NCBI GenBank assembly: GCA_036679645.1
Contig: JAZDCY010000046.1
Span: 1 to 64,000 of the forward strand
Direction of reading: 5' to 3'
DNA from: Gemmatimonadota bacterium
Lineage (GTDB): Bacteria; Gemmatimonadota; Gemmatimonadetes; Gemmatimonadales; GWC2-71-9
DNA length: 64,000 nt
Positions 11,211 to 22,091 of this stretch are shown here, in pieces. The notes beneath the pieces were generated by a model. That model saw only the letters and a program-made list of their open reading frames with translations, had not been told where the DNA came from and searched no databases. Position 1 is the first letter of the stretch, and each line of letters begins with the position of its first letter. Position numbers and translations under genes: made by a program.

Positions 11211-11772
11211 GGCTCGCCCTGGGAGATCTATCACCCCGCTCTTCGTAGTATTGCTGCACCACAACCTCCCACTGTCCGCGCGCTCGAAGGAACTCCTCGA
11301 CGAACTCGCGAACGGCACCGCGGCCGCCCTCGGCCACCGTTACGTGTTGCGCCACAGCCTTCACATCCGCCGTCGCGTTGGCCACCGCTACGGGGAGCCC
11401 AACCCGCTTGAGTATCGGCACGTCGGGCAGGTCGTCTCCCATGAACGCCGCTTCTTCCATTCGTACCCCAAAACGCTCCAACAGCGACTCGAACGCGGGG
11501 AGTTTACGGGCGGCGGAATCTTGCACGATCTCGTCGACCCCGATCTCCTCAGCGCGAAGGCGGGTGGCCTCCGACACGCGGCCGCTCACGATGACGACCT
11601 TCAACCCCGCGCCGCGCAGTAGGTGAAGGCCGATCCCATCCTGGATGTCGAACCGCTTGAGTTCCGTGGGCTGCCCGCTCACTATGCCTACGTAGATGCC
11701 GTTGTCAGTGAGTACACCGTCCACATCCAACCCCACCAGCCGGACTTGGCGTGTCGCCAAGGGTTCAAGCAT
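11194..11772 (-). CDS. kdsC: KDO 8-phosphate phosphatase (HAD family)
   Basis: LDVDGVLTD, K.FDIQDG.G, MGDDLPD, GGRGAVRE. Confidence 0.92.
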   Translation of the reverse strand: MLEPLATRQVRLVGLDVDGVLTDNGIYVGIVSGQPTELKRFDIQDGIGLHLLRGAGLKVVIVSGRVSEATRLRAEEIGVDEIVQDSAARKLPAFESLLERFGVRMEEAAFMGDDLPDVPILKRVGLPVAVANATADVKAVAQHVTVAEGGRGAVREFVEEFLRARGQWEVVVQQYYEERGDRSPRASRAIIR

Positions 11773-12571
11773 GCAGTGACCTCCGTTGTGCCCCGTGCCA
11801 TACCGCGAGTCCGCGCTCGATCAGCGATTCCAGCTCGCTCAACGGCCACATGGTCGCTCCGTCGCTTGGCGCTGCACCCGGATTGGGATGCGTCTCCACA
11901 AAAAAACCGTCCGCGCCGGCCGCGGCGGCCGCACAGAGGAGCGTGGGCGTCTGCTCCCGTCGACCCCCTGCCCCGCCGGCTACCCCCATCCCCGGTTGCT
12001 GAACGGCGTGCGTAGCGTCAAAGAAGACTGGGACACCCGTTGCCTCCTTGATGCGGGCGAAGTTGCGCATGTCCACAACCAGATCAGAGTAGCCGAAGAA
12101 CGTCCCGCGCTCCGTGACCGACACCACAGTAGCACCAGCGCCGGTCACCTTCTCGACCGCCCCAACCATGGCTTCCGGGGCCATCCACTGACCCTTCTTG
12201 ATGTTGACCGGAAGTCCGGTGGCACCTGCTGCCTCGAGCAGCGCCGTCTGACGGCAGAGGAAGGCCGGGATCTGCAACGCATCGACAACCGCGGCCGCGG
12301 CTCCCACTTCCGCAACCTCGTGCACGTCGGTCAGCACCGGAAGTCCGGTCTCGGCCTTAACGCGGCCGAGTAACCGGAGTCCTTCTTCGAGCCCTGGACC
12401 ACGAGGCGCATCACGGCGAGTCCGGTTGGCCTTCGCATAGCTCGCCTTGTAGACGACTCGGATACCGAGGGCCACGGCCAACGCGGCGAGCGCCTCACCG
12501 ATGCGGAGATTGAGGCCATCGTCCTCCAGCAGGCACGGGCCCGCAATCAGAACCGGTCCCGGCTGCCACAT
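11765..12571 (-). CDS. kdsA: KDO 8-phosphate synthase
   Basis: IAGPC, KAS..KANRT, QIPAFLCRQT, NIKKGQW, ERG, DATHAVQ, ETHPNP..A.SDG. Confidence 0.96.
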   Translation of the reverse strand: MWQPGPVLIAGPCLLEDDGLNLRIGEALAALAVALGIRVVYKASYAKANRTRRDAPRGPGLEEGLRLLGRVKAETGLPVLTDVHEVAEVGAAAAVVDALQIPAFLCRQTALLEAAGATGLPVNIKKGQWMAPEAMVGAVEKVTGAGATVVSVTERGTFFGYSDLVVDMRNFARIKEATGVPVFFDATHAVQQPGMGVAGGAGGRREQTPTLLCAAAAAGADGFFVETHPNPGAAPSDGATMWPLSELESLIERGLAVWHGAQRRSLHA

Positions 12572-12579
12572 CTTTAGGC

Positions 12580-14936
<2,357 letters not shown>

Positions 14937-15019
14937 AGCAAAAGCTAATACTCGGGCGGGCCGCTGTCAAAAAGCGGGCCAGACGCGTAAGTCGTTTTGG
15001 GGTAATACGGTAGGAAAGG

Positions 15020-15145
15020 TAAGAGTCGGCGGAAGACGGCGGAAGACGGCGAAGGTCGGAGGGGCCTGGTCGCTAGCCAGCGTTCGTCATCCCTCGCCGT
15101 CCTTCGCCATCCTCCACCACCCCTCGTCGTCCTCGCCCGCCCTTC
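15020..15145. repeat. Imperfect inverted repeat made of degenerate 10-mers (GGAAGACGGC-like), overlapping the 3' end of the TrpG/PabA gene
   Basis: About 4 units on + (15020-15060) face about 5 complementary units (15083-15141). Confidence 0.55.
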
Positions 15146-15720
15146 ACCAGGCCGACGAAATTCTCCACCAATCGCATCCCAACCTCCGTGCCGACCGACT
15201 CGGGATGGAACTGCACGCCAAAGACGGGCTCCGACCGATGACGCAGTCCCATGATCTCCTGTCTGCCCGGCGAATCGGACGTCCACGCCGTCACTTCCAG
15301 TTCGTGCGGTACCGCGCCGGGATCGACGATCAACGAGTGATACCGCATGGCGGTCATCGGGCTCGGCAGATTGCGGAACACCCCCCGCCCATCATGCGCC
15401 ACGGGTGACGTCTTCCCGTGCATCAGGCGTTCGGCCGGAACTATCCTGCCGCCAAAGGCCTGCGCTATTGCCTGGTGCCCAAGGCAGACACCGAGGAGAG
15501 GAATGGAGCCCGCCACGCGACGAACTAGTTCGAGACTGATCCCCGCACCGTCGGGTACACCGGGACCGGGAGAGATCACAATGCCTTTTGGCTCCAGGCG
15601 TTCAATCTCGTCAACCGTGATCGCGTCGTTACGGTGCACCTCGGGCTCACCACCCAGTTCCCCGATGTACTGCACGAGGTTGTAGGTGAAGGAGTCGTAG
15701 TTGTCGAGGACGAAGATCAT
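15073..15720 (-). CDS. Anthranilate/aminodeoxychorismate synthase component II (TrpG/PabA)
   Basis: [36 protein letters not shown]. TrpG and PabA cannot be told apart here. Confidence 0.93.
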   Translation of the reverse strand: MIFVLDNYDSFTYNLVQYIGELGGEPEVHRNDAITVDEIERLEPKGIVISPGPGVPDGAGISLELVRRVAGSIPLLGVCLGHQAIAQAFGGRIVPAERLMHGKTSPVAHDGRGVFRNLPSPMTAMRYHSLIVDPGAVPHELEVTAWTSDSPGRQEIMGLRHRSEPVFGVQFHPESVGTEVGMRLVENFVGLVKGGRGRRGVVEDGEGRRGMTNAG

Positions 15721-16622
15721 GCTCGCGGATGATAGCTCTTGTGCACCTGCCGCAGGTACTCCCGATCGACGTGCGTGTAGATCTGCGTCGTGCTGAGATC
15801 GGCGTGCCCCAACATCTCCTGCACGGCCCGGAGATCGGCGCCGCCTTCGAGCAGATGCGTGGCGAATGAGTGCCGCAGCGTATGCGGGGTGACACGTTTC
15901 TCGATGTTGGCCCGTGCGGCTGCCCGCTTGATGATGCCCCAGGCACCGACGCGGCTCAGCGGCCCTCCCCGAGCATTGAGCAGGAATCTTCCGTCTGTCT
16001 TACCCTTGTCGAGACCGGGTCGGATTTCCCGCAGATAGATTGCCGCCGCGCCGAGCGCGCGGCGACCGATCGGTACGATACGTTCCTTCGAGCCCTTGCC
16101 GAACACGCGAACGAGTGCCTCCTCGAAGCCAAGGTTCTGTACGCTGAGCCCAACGAGTTCGGAGACGCGCATCCCCGTGCCATAGGCGACCTCGAGCAGC
16201 GCCCGGTCTCGCCACGCGAGGGGTTCGTCCGGGTTGGGAGCTCCGAGCAACGCTTCGATCTCGCTCACCGACAGCACTTCGGGGAGCCTGTGCCAGCCCT
16301 TCGGTGTCTCGATACGCTCACTCGGGTCGGTCGCCGAGTGCCCCTCCTCGACCAAGAACCGGTAGTAGGTGCGTATCGCCGAGATCTGCCGGCGGATGCT
16401 GGCCGGCGCTAGCCCCAGGTCTTTAAGGTGATACACGAAGTCGCGCACGATCTCCCGAGAGACCGCGTCCGGGTCGCCGCACCGCCGGCTTGTCGCGTAC
16501 TCTGCGAAACGCCGGATGTCACGGAGATAGCTCTCCACCGTGTTCGCACTATTCCCCACCTCGTGCGTCAGGTAGTCGGTGAAGCCTTCGACCCAGAAGG
16601 CCTGGTCGATGGTGGTCGTCAT
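15717..16622 (-). CDS. xerD: Tyrosine recombinase XerD
   Basis: [70 protein letters not shown]. Confidence 0.9.
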   Translation of the reverse strand: MTTTIDQAFWVEGFTDYLTHEVGNSANTVESYLRDIRRFAEYATSRRCGDPDAVSREIVRDFVYHLKDLGLAPASIRRQISAIRTYYRFLVEEGHSATDPSERIETPKGWHRLPEVLSVSEIEALLGAPNPDEPLAWRDRALLEVAYGTGMRVSELVGLSVQNLGFEEALVRVFGKGSKERIVPIGRRALGAAAIYLREIRPGLDKGKTDGRFLLNARGGPLSRVGAWGIIKRAAARANIEKRVTPHTLRHSFATHLLEGGADLRAVQEMLGHADLSTTQIYTHVDREYLRQVHKSYHPRA

Positions 16623-16653
16623 CGGTGATAGGGGCGATGATGGAGGATCATCT

Positions 16654-17274
16654 CTAGCCCCGACCTCGCGCCTGACGGCGGACGAAGACTATTGCGACCA
16701 CGATCGAGATCACCAAGACGCCGGCCGTCACAAGTGCGACGAGGTTGGTGCGTTGAACGAGCAGCACGATTTCATCGACGTTCTGGATGGCGGTGGCGGC
16801 AATGAAGGTCAGCGTACCGTACCAGATGGCCGACGCGAGCGCCATGGGTACCAGCGCACGCCACGCGCCGAGCCCCGCGACGCCGGCAAAAGGCGGCACG
16901 ACGGCGCGAACGGCCGGGATGAATCGCGAAAGAAAGATCGCCCACACCCCGTGCGCTTCGTAGAGCCGCTCGATGCGCGCCAGCGCCTTGGGCCGCAGGA
17001 GACGGCTGCCAATGGGGCCGCGAAAGAACGACCGGCCAGCGGTCCGTGCGCCGGCATAGACGAGCGAGGCGGTGAAAACATTCGCGGTCCAGGTAATAAG
17101 GAAGACATTGAACGCCGACACCCTGCCACCGACTGACAGGAACGCCCCGACGGCGACCGCGGTGTCGGCCGGCACCGGAGGGAAGATGTTCTCGACGCCC
17201 GCGAGCAGGGCGATAACGGCGTAAACCCACTCGGTGGGAAGCTCGAGCAGGATATCGAGAAGATCCCGAATCAC
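16654..17274 (-). CDS. DedA family membrane protein
   Basis: ENIFPPVPAD, FLSRFIPAVR...PFAG and TM segments. Confidence 0.9.
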   Translation of the reverse strand: MIRDLLDILLELPTEWVYAVIALLAGVENIFPPVPADTAVAVGAFLSVGGRVSAFNVFLITWTANVFTASLVYAGARTAGRSFFRGPIGSRLLRPKALARIERLYEAHGVWAIFLSRFIPAVRAVVPPFAGVAGLGAWRALVPMALASAIWYGTLTFIAATAIQNVDEIVLLVQRTNLVALVTAGVLVISIVVAIVFVRRQARGRG

Positions 17275-17753
17275 TTCCCGCCGTCAATCGCCGCTATCGC
17301 ATACACAACCAACCCCTCGCCCCTTCCGACCGCATCCATCTTCTCACCCGTCTTCGCCTTGATCGATACGGCGGTCACCGGCAGCTGCAACGTGGCCGCC
17401 AACCACTCGCGCATCTTGGGAACGTGTGGCGCGAGTTTCGGCGCCTCTGTCACAACGGTCGCGTCGACGTTCACGATGACGTACCCCGCGTGCACGACGC
17501 GCGCACGCGCGGCATCGAGGAAGAGAGAGGAATCGGCGTCCTTCCACTGCGGGTCGTCATTTGGAAAGAGCCGGCCGATATCCCCCAGCGCCGCCGCGCC
17601 GAGCAGCGCGTCGGTCACCGCATGGGCCACGGCGTCGCCGTCCGAGTGACCGACGAGACCCGAGATGTGCGGAATCTCCGTGCCGGCCAGCTTCAAGGGT
17701 CGATTTGCACCAAACCGATGGGAGTCGTAGCCGAGTCCGACACGTGTGGGCAT
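17271..17753 (-). CDS. ispF: 2-C-methyl-D-erythritol 2,4-cyclodiphosphate synthase
   Basis: RVGLGYDSH, GHSDGD...HA..DALLGAAALGDIG, SIKAKTGE; ATG at 17753. Confidence 0.96.
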   Translation of the reverse strand: MPTRVGLGYDSHRFGANRPLKLAGTEIPHISGLVGHSDGDAVAHAVTDALLGAAALGDIGRLFPNDDPQWKDADSSLFLDAARARVVHAGYVIVNVDATVVTEAPKLAPHVPKMREWLAATLQLPVTAVSIKAKTGEKMDAVGRGEGLVVYAIAAIDGGK

Positions 17754-17847
17754 GGTGGCACCGTACAACGTGCGTCGTCCTCTGTCCACCGTCCACCGTC
17801 CACCGACAGCAGTTGACGCCTTGCCACCCTCACCGCATCCTCCCGCC

Positions 17848-19551
17848 ATGGAACCCGACGCCGCCGAGTCCACCCGTGACCAGTTGGCCGCCGCCCTCGG
17901 TCCCGAATACGAGATCGAACGCGAGCTGGGCCGGGGTGGGTTCGCGGTCGTGTATCTGGTGCGTGACCTCAGGCTAAAGCGCCCGCTCGCCGTCAAGGTG
18001 TTGAATCCGGAACTCATCGCCTCACAGACCGCCCTCGACCGCTCCCACCTCGAAGCGCAGACCGTCGCAAGGTTATCGCACCCACACATCGTCCCATTGC
18101 ACTTCGTGGGCGGTGAGGGGGATTTCTTCTACATCGCGATGAGTTTCGTCGATGGGGCGAGCCTGGCCGACCAACTGGAGCGGGAAGGCAAGCTCTCGGT
18201 CCAGGATACGATTCGCATTCTCACCGAAATCGCCGATGCGCTCGGCTTCGCCCACACGCACGGTGTGGTGCATCGGGACGTGAAACCGGACAACGTCTTG
18301 CTGGACGGCGAAACCGGGCGTTCGCTGCTCACGGACTTCGGCATTGCGCGCAGCTCGCTCTCGGCGGCGAAGCTCACTGCGACCGGGCTCGCGATCGGCA
18401 CCCCGGCCTACATGAGTCCCGAACAGCTGGCTGGGGACGAGGTCGATCATCGCACCGATCTCTACGCACTCGGCGCAATGGGTTACCAGATGCTCACCGG
18501 GGCGGTGCCGTTCGCCGAGGGCAGCTCGCCAATGGCGATAATGGCGAAACGGCTCTCGGAAGCGCCCGAGCCGGTGGCGAGCCTTCGTCCCGACATGCCC
18601 GAACCGCTCGTCGAAGTCGTCATGCGTTGCCTGGCGATCGAACCGGACGATCGCTTCGAGAGCGCGGCCGAGGTCGTGCGGGTGTTAAAAGGAGAAGCCC
18701 CGACATCCGGTTCGTACGTGACCGCGGCGGTGCGGACCGCGCCCCCGCGAACGGCGAGCCGGCGAACTTGGATCGGTCTCGCCGGCGGAGTGGTGGTCAT
18801 TGGCGCGGCACTCCTCAGCTTTTCCGTGCTGCGGACAACAGCGACCCCGGATGAGCCGGTCGCGCCGCAGCTTCCTCCCGCTCGCGCGATCCCGGATGGC
18901 ATGGTGCTCGTGCCGGGCGGCACGTACACGATCGGCCGCGACGACGGGCACGAGTGGTCAGGCCCGGCACATACGGCGGTGGTCGATACGTTCGCGATCG
19001 AGCGAACCGAGGTCACGGTGGCAGGTTACAAGCGCTACGTGGAGGCGACCCTCGCCGCGGAGCCGTGGGCGTCCGAACCGGACAGTCTGCTCCCAGTCAC
19101 ACGAGTTATGTGGGCAGAGGCGAACGCGTATTGCGGGTGGGCGTATGACGGCGGACGGTTGCCGACCGAGGAGGAATGGGAGGCAGCAGCACGCGGCGCA
19201 GATGGGACGATGTACCCGTGGGGCGCGGAACCCGAGGCGGGTCGTGCGAACACGTTGTCGGCCGGACGGAGCGGCCCCGCACCCGTCGGGAGTTTCCCGC
19301 AGAGCGCGAGTGCGGTTGGTGCGGAGGATCTGATCGGTAACGTGTGGGAGTGGACGTCGTCGCGCATGCTCGCCTATGCAGGTGGCGCTGCGCCGAGCGG
19401 CGGGGATCGCTATTACGTAACCCGCGGTGGCGCCTACAACACGCGGGGAATCGTGGACGCAAGCCGGCGCGGGTACATGCCGCCCACGACCGGGACTCGA
19501 GAGGGGTTCGAGTTCACGGGGTTCCGGTGTGCTGTCGACGTTGGAGGGTGA
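17848..19551 (+). CDS. Hanks-type Ser/Thr kinase + TM helix + FGE-sulfatase (SUMF1-like) domain
   Basis: LGRGGFAVV, AVK, HRDVKPDN, DFG, GTPAYMSPE; TM segment; RLPTEEEWEAAARG, GNVWEW, GFRC. Confidence 0.92.
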   Translation: MEPDAAESTRDQLAAALGPEYEIERELGRGGFAVVYLVRDLRLKRPLAVKVLNPELIASQTALDRSHLEAQTVARLSHPHIVPLHFVGGEGDFFYIAMSFVDGASLADQLEREGKLSVQDTIRILTEIADALGFAHTHGVVHRDVKPDNVLLDGETGRSLLTDFGIARSSLSAAKLTATGLAIGTPAYMSPEQLAGDEVDHRTDLYALGAMGYQMLTGAVPFAEGSSPMAIMAKRLSEAPEPVASLRPDMPEPLVEVVMRCLAIEPDDRFESAAEVVRVLKGEAPTSGSYVTAAVRTAPPRTASRRTWIGLAGGVVVIGAALLSFSVLRTTATPDEPVAPQLPPARAIPDGMVLVPGGTYTIGRDDGHEWSGPAHTAVVDTFAIERTEVTVAGYKRYVEATLAAEPWASEPDSLLPVTRVMWAEANAYCGWAYDGGRLPTEEEWEAAARGADGTMYPWGAEPEAGRANTLSAGRSGPAPVGSFPQSASAVGAEDLIGNVWEWTSSRMLAYAGGAAPSGGDRYYVTRGGAYNTRGIVDASRRGYMPPTTGTREGFEFTGFRCAVDVGG

Positions 19552-19560
19552 GGGGGGGCC

Positions 19561-19601
19561 CCCGCTTCAGCGGGAGAGCCGAGCCACGGGTTTACCCGTG
19601 G
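19561..19601. repeat. Twin palindromes between convergent genes (REP-like or terminator)
   Basis: CCCGCT-TC-AGCGGG and CCACGGG-TTTA-CCCGTGG; no U tract on either strand. Confidence 0.5.
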
Positions 19602-19617
19602 ATCCTCCCAGCCAGGT

Positions 19618-21990
19618 CTACGGCTCTGACTGATTCAAGCGGTCGAGCGCGCGCCGCGCGTTCGCGAAGTCCGGGTCAGCCGCCAGCGCGCGCTCGTATT
19701 CTTCCCGGGCAGCCGCACGGTCACCCCGATGTTCGGCGATCATGCCCAGACGCCAATGGGCTCCCGCCACGCTGACGTCGAACGATCCCGGGGTCGCTTC
19801 CGCCACGTAGCGCTCGAGGGCCGCGCGTCCTTCCTCCAACCGTTTCCCCGACCGCGCGGCGTATCGACCCACCTGGTACAGCGCTGTGAAGTTGTCAGGC
19901 TCGATATCGAGGACTCGCCGCAGCGTCTCGTACTGCCGGTCGAGACTGGCGACTGATGTGTCCGTAAGGACCCCCTGTATCGCTGTCTGAACGGCCAAAC
20001 GAATGCGACCCTCGTCTAGCAGCCGGCCGGCGTGTGCGTGCAGACGACCGGCATATGCCGCGCGGACGCTGTCGGCGGCACCTTGGGTAGAGAGATTGAC
20101 CGCGTCGAGAACGTGCAGCCCTATCTCGGAGCTGTCCGGTATCTCGTAGATGTGCGCGATTAAACTGTCGACCACATGACGTCGAACGTATTCTGGAATC
20201 ATCACAACGTTGGGTGGGCCGGCGGCGTCTGTGCGTCGTGCGAACACGAAAAGGTAGTTGTGCGCGAGCCGGGAAGAATCGGCGTCGGGCCGCAGGGATT
20301 GCACAAACGCAACCATGCTTCGCAACAACGAATCGGCTAGCGCCGGACGCCCCTGGAGCAGCCGGAGGTTGAAAATCCACCCCAGGTCGTTGATGACGAG
20401 CTGATCGCTCATCATCCGCTCCCGCCCGTAGTCGCCCGCGGCGATCAGCGAGTCGACCAGCCCGCCCGCCTCATCGTACCGACCGGCACGTGTCAGGATC
20501 TCCATTCGCTCCGACGTGGCGCGCCCGAAACTGACTTCCAATCCTATCGAGTCGGCAATCGCCAGCTCGCGTAACGCGTCGTCATAACGCTCGGCAAGCG
20601 TGTAGACATCGACGGCCGCCTGATGGGCGGGGGCATCCCCCGGTGCCGCCGCGAGCCAGCGTTCGGCCCACGCGACCGCGGTCGAGATCGCCCGTCGCCG
20701 AAGGGCACGCAGGGTGTCCGCGGGCATCGTCACCAGTGACTCGGCCGGAACGAACTCGAACGTATCGCGCAACACGGTGGCGAACACGCGGTCCGGACGG
20801 TTCATGGCGCGGAGCAACTCCGGCATGGACGGTCGCTCGCCGCGTACACCAGGTGTGCGTCCCTCGTACTGCCCGCCAGCTCGAGCGTACACGGCGATCA
20901 GCGTTCCGAGATTCCCGTGTCGCTCGCCGTCCAGCGCCAGCGCTCGCTTGGCAAGACGGGCGGACATGTTGAACGAAGCGCGGAGCCGCTCGACGCTATC
21001 CTCGGTTACGACAACGGGATCGAACATGTAGAGATCGGCCAGATTCTCTAATGCTTCGACATCGTTCGAGTCGGATGCGACCAGCTCGTTCAGCAACTCG
21101 CGGGCATGACCGAGCTGTCCCCGGAACATGGCCACGCTGGCTGCGACATGCTGCCGTTCCCGTTCAGGCAGACGCGCCGACAGTGAAGCCGCACGCTCGG
21201 CGTACCGATAGCCAGGGCTCTGCGGATCGAGGAGAGCCTCGATGCTCGTCATCGAGGTTTCCGCCAGCTTGGCATACGCCTGGGCGAACATGCTGTCCAG
21301 CGCCACAGCCTCCTCGAAGAGAGGGTGAGCCGACTCCATCCGGCCCCGATGATAGAGGGCGAGACCCTGCAAATACGCCTTGTAGGCGTCGAGCGACTGT
21401 GTCGTTGCTCGAGGGAGGTTGGGACTGGGCGCGTCGACCCCGGCGGTTTCCAACAGCCGGCCGGCGAGGCGCTCGTATACCTCCCGGATATCGCCTTCGG
21501 CGTCCATCTCCTCAGTAGCTCGAACCACCACCTCACCGGTGGTGACGTCATAGGCTCGAGCGCTGACGCGTACGCGATTACCGGTGGCAAGGATGTCGCC
21601 CGTCACGGCGGTCCACCCACCCGTCTGCTCTGCGACGCGGCGCACGCGGTCGGCGTCCATCACCGCCCCGGGCTCGAGGCCCTGACGCCGTAGCGCCGGA
21701 TAGAGACGCTCCGCAGGCACAACCGACACCTCGTCCCACTGCGCCAGCGCATCGGAAAGCAGCGCCGGCGACCCTTCGATCAACCACTCCGTATCCGCGG
21801 CACGCGTCACGTTGCGGAACGGCAACACCAGGAAGCTGCGGCCGCGCTCCGCCGCGGGGGGCGGCGCCGTCACGACGACTGGGCGGGTGGACACCCCGCA
21901 TGGCGGTGGCGTACCATCCGCACACTGCGCGGCAACGGCGCCGGGCACGCCGAGCCCGGTGCAGACGAGCAGGAAGAGATGCTTTCGCAT
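19618..21990 (-). CDS. Exported TolB-N/FlgO-like (LPFRN) + TPR repeat protein, paralog A
   Basis: Signal peptide ending AVAA-Q, CADGTPPPC, SFLVLPFRN, TTQSLDAYKAY, C-terminal TPRs; ATG at 21990. Confidence 0.78.
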   Translation of the reverse strand: MRKHLFLLVCTGLGVPGAVAAQCADGTPPPCGVSTRPVVVTAPPPAAERGRSFLVLPFRNVTRAADTEWLIEGSPALLSDALAQWDEVSVVPAERLYPALRRQGLEPGAVMDADRVRRVAEQTGGWTAVTGDILATGNRVRVSARAYDVTTGEVVVRATEEMDAEGDIREVYERLAGRLLETAGVDAPSPNLPRATTQSLDAYKAYLQGLALYHRGRMESAHPLFEEAVALDSMFAQAYAKLAETSMTSIEALLDPQSPGYRYAERAASLSARLPERERQHVAASVAMFRGQLGHARELLNELVASDSNDVEALENLADLYMFDPVVVTEDSVERLRASFNMSARLAKRALALDGERHGNLGTLIAVYARAGGQYEGRTPGVRGERPSMPELLRAMNRPDRVFATVLRDTFEFVPAESLVTMPADTLRALRRRAISTAVAWAERWLAAAPGDAPAHQAAVDVYTLAERYDDALRELAIADSIGLEVSFGRATSERMEILTRAGRYDEAGGLVDSLIAAGDYGRERMMSDQLVINDLGWIFNLRLLQGRPALADSLLRSMVAFVQSLRPDADSSRLAHNYLFVFARRTDAAGPPNVVMIPEYVRRHVVDSLIAHIYEIPDSSEIGLHVLDAVNLSTQGAADSVRAAYAGRLHAHAGRLLDEGRIRLAVQTAIQGVLTDTSVASLDRQYETLRRVLDIEPDNFTALYQVGRYAARSGKRLEEGRAALERYVAEATPGSFDVSVAGAHWRLGMIAEHRGDRAAAREEYERALAADPDFANARRALDRLNQSEP

Positions 21991-22091
21991 CCCTATATCG
22001 TGCGCTCGGATCGTGGGTCCGTCAATGCACGCGGAGGAACCGGTTGCCCCCCCCTCAAACCGCCCGCATATTCGAGGGGAAAGGAAGGGTG

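Noticed and set aside
11194..12571. No kdsD (A5P isomerase) in the kds-lpt operon
   Set aside because: The gene could lie elsewhere in the genome; this cannot be judged from one window.
15717..16622. Integrase of a prophage or island
   Set aside because: It has XerD-type motifs, lies among housekeeping genes, and no att sites or mobile cargo are visible.
17784..17804. GTCCACC x3, and similar heptamer runs at about 36615-36659
   Set aside because: Short microsatellite-like arrays with no spacers and no evidence of function.
18890..19551. FGE/CLec domain as a diversity-generating retroelement target
   Set aside because: No reverse transcriptase and no template repeat are visible in the window.
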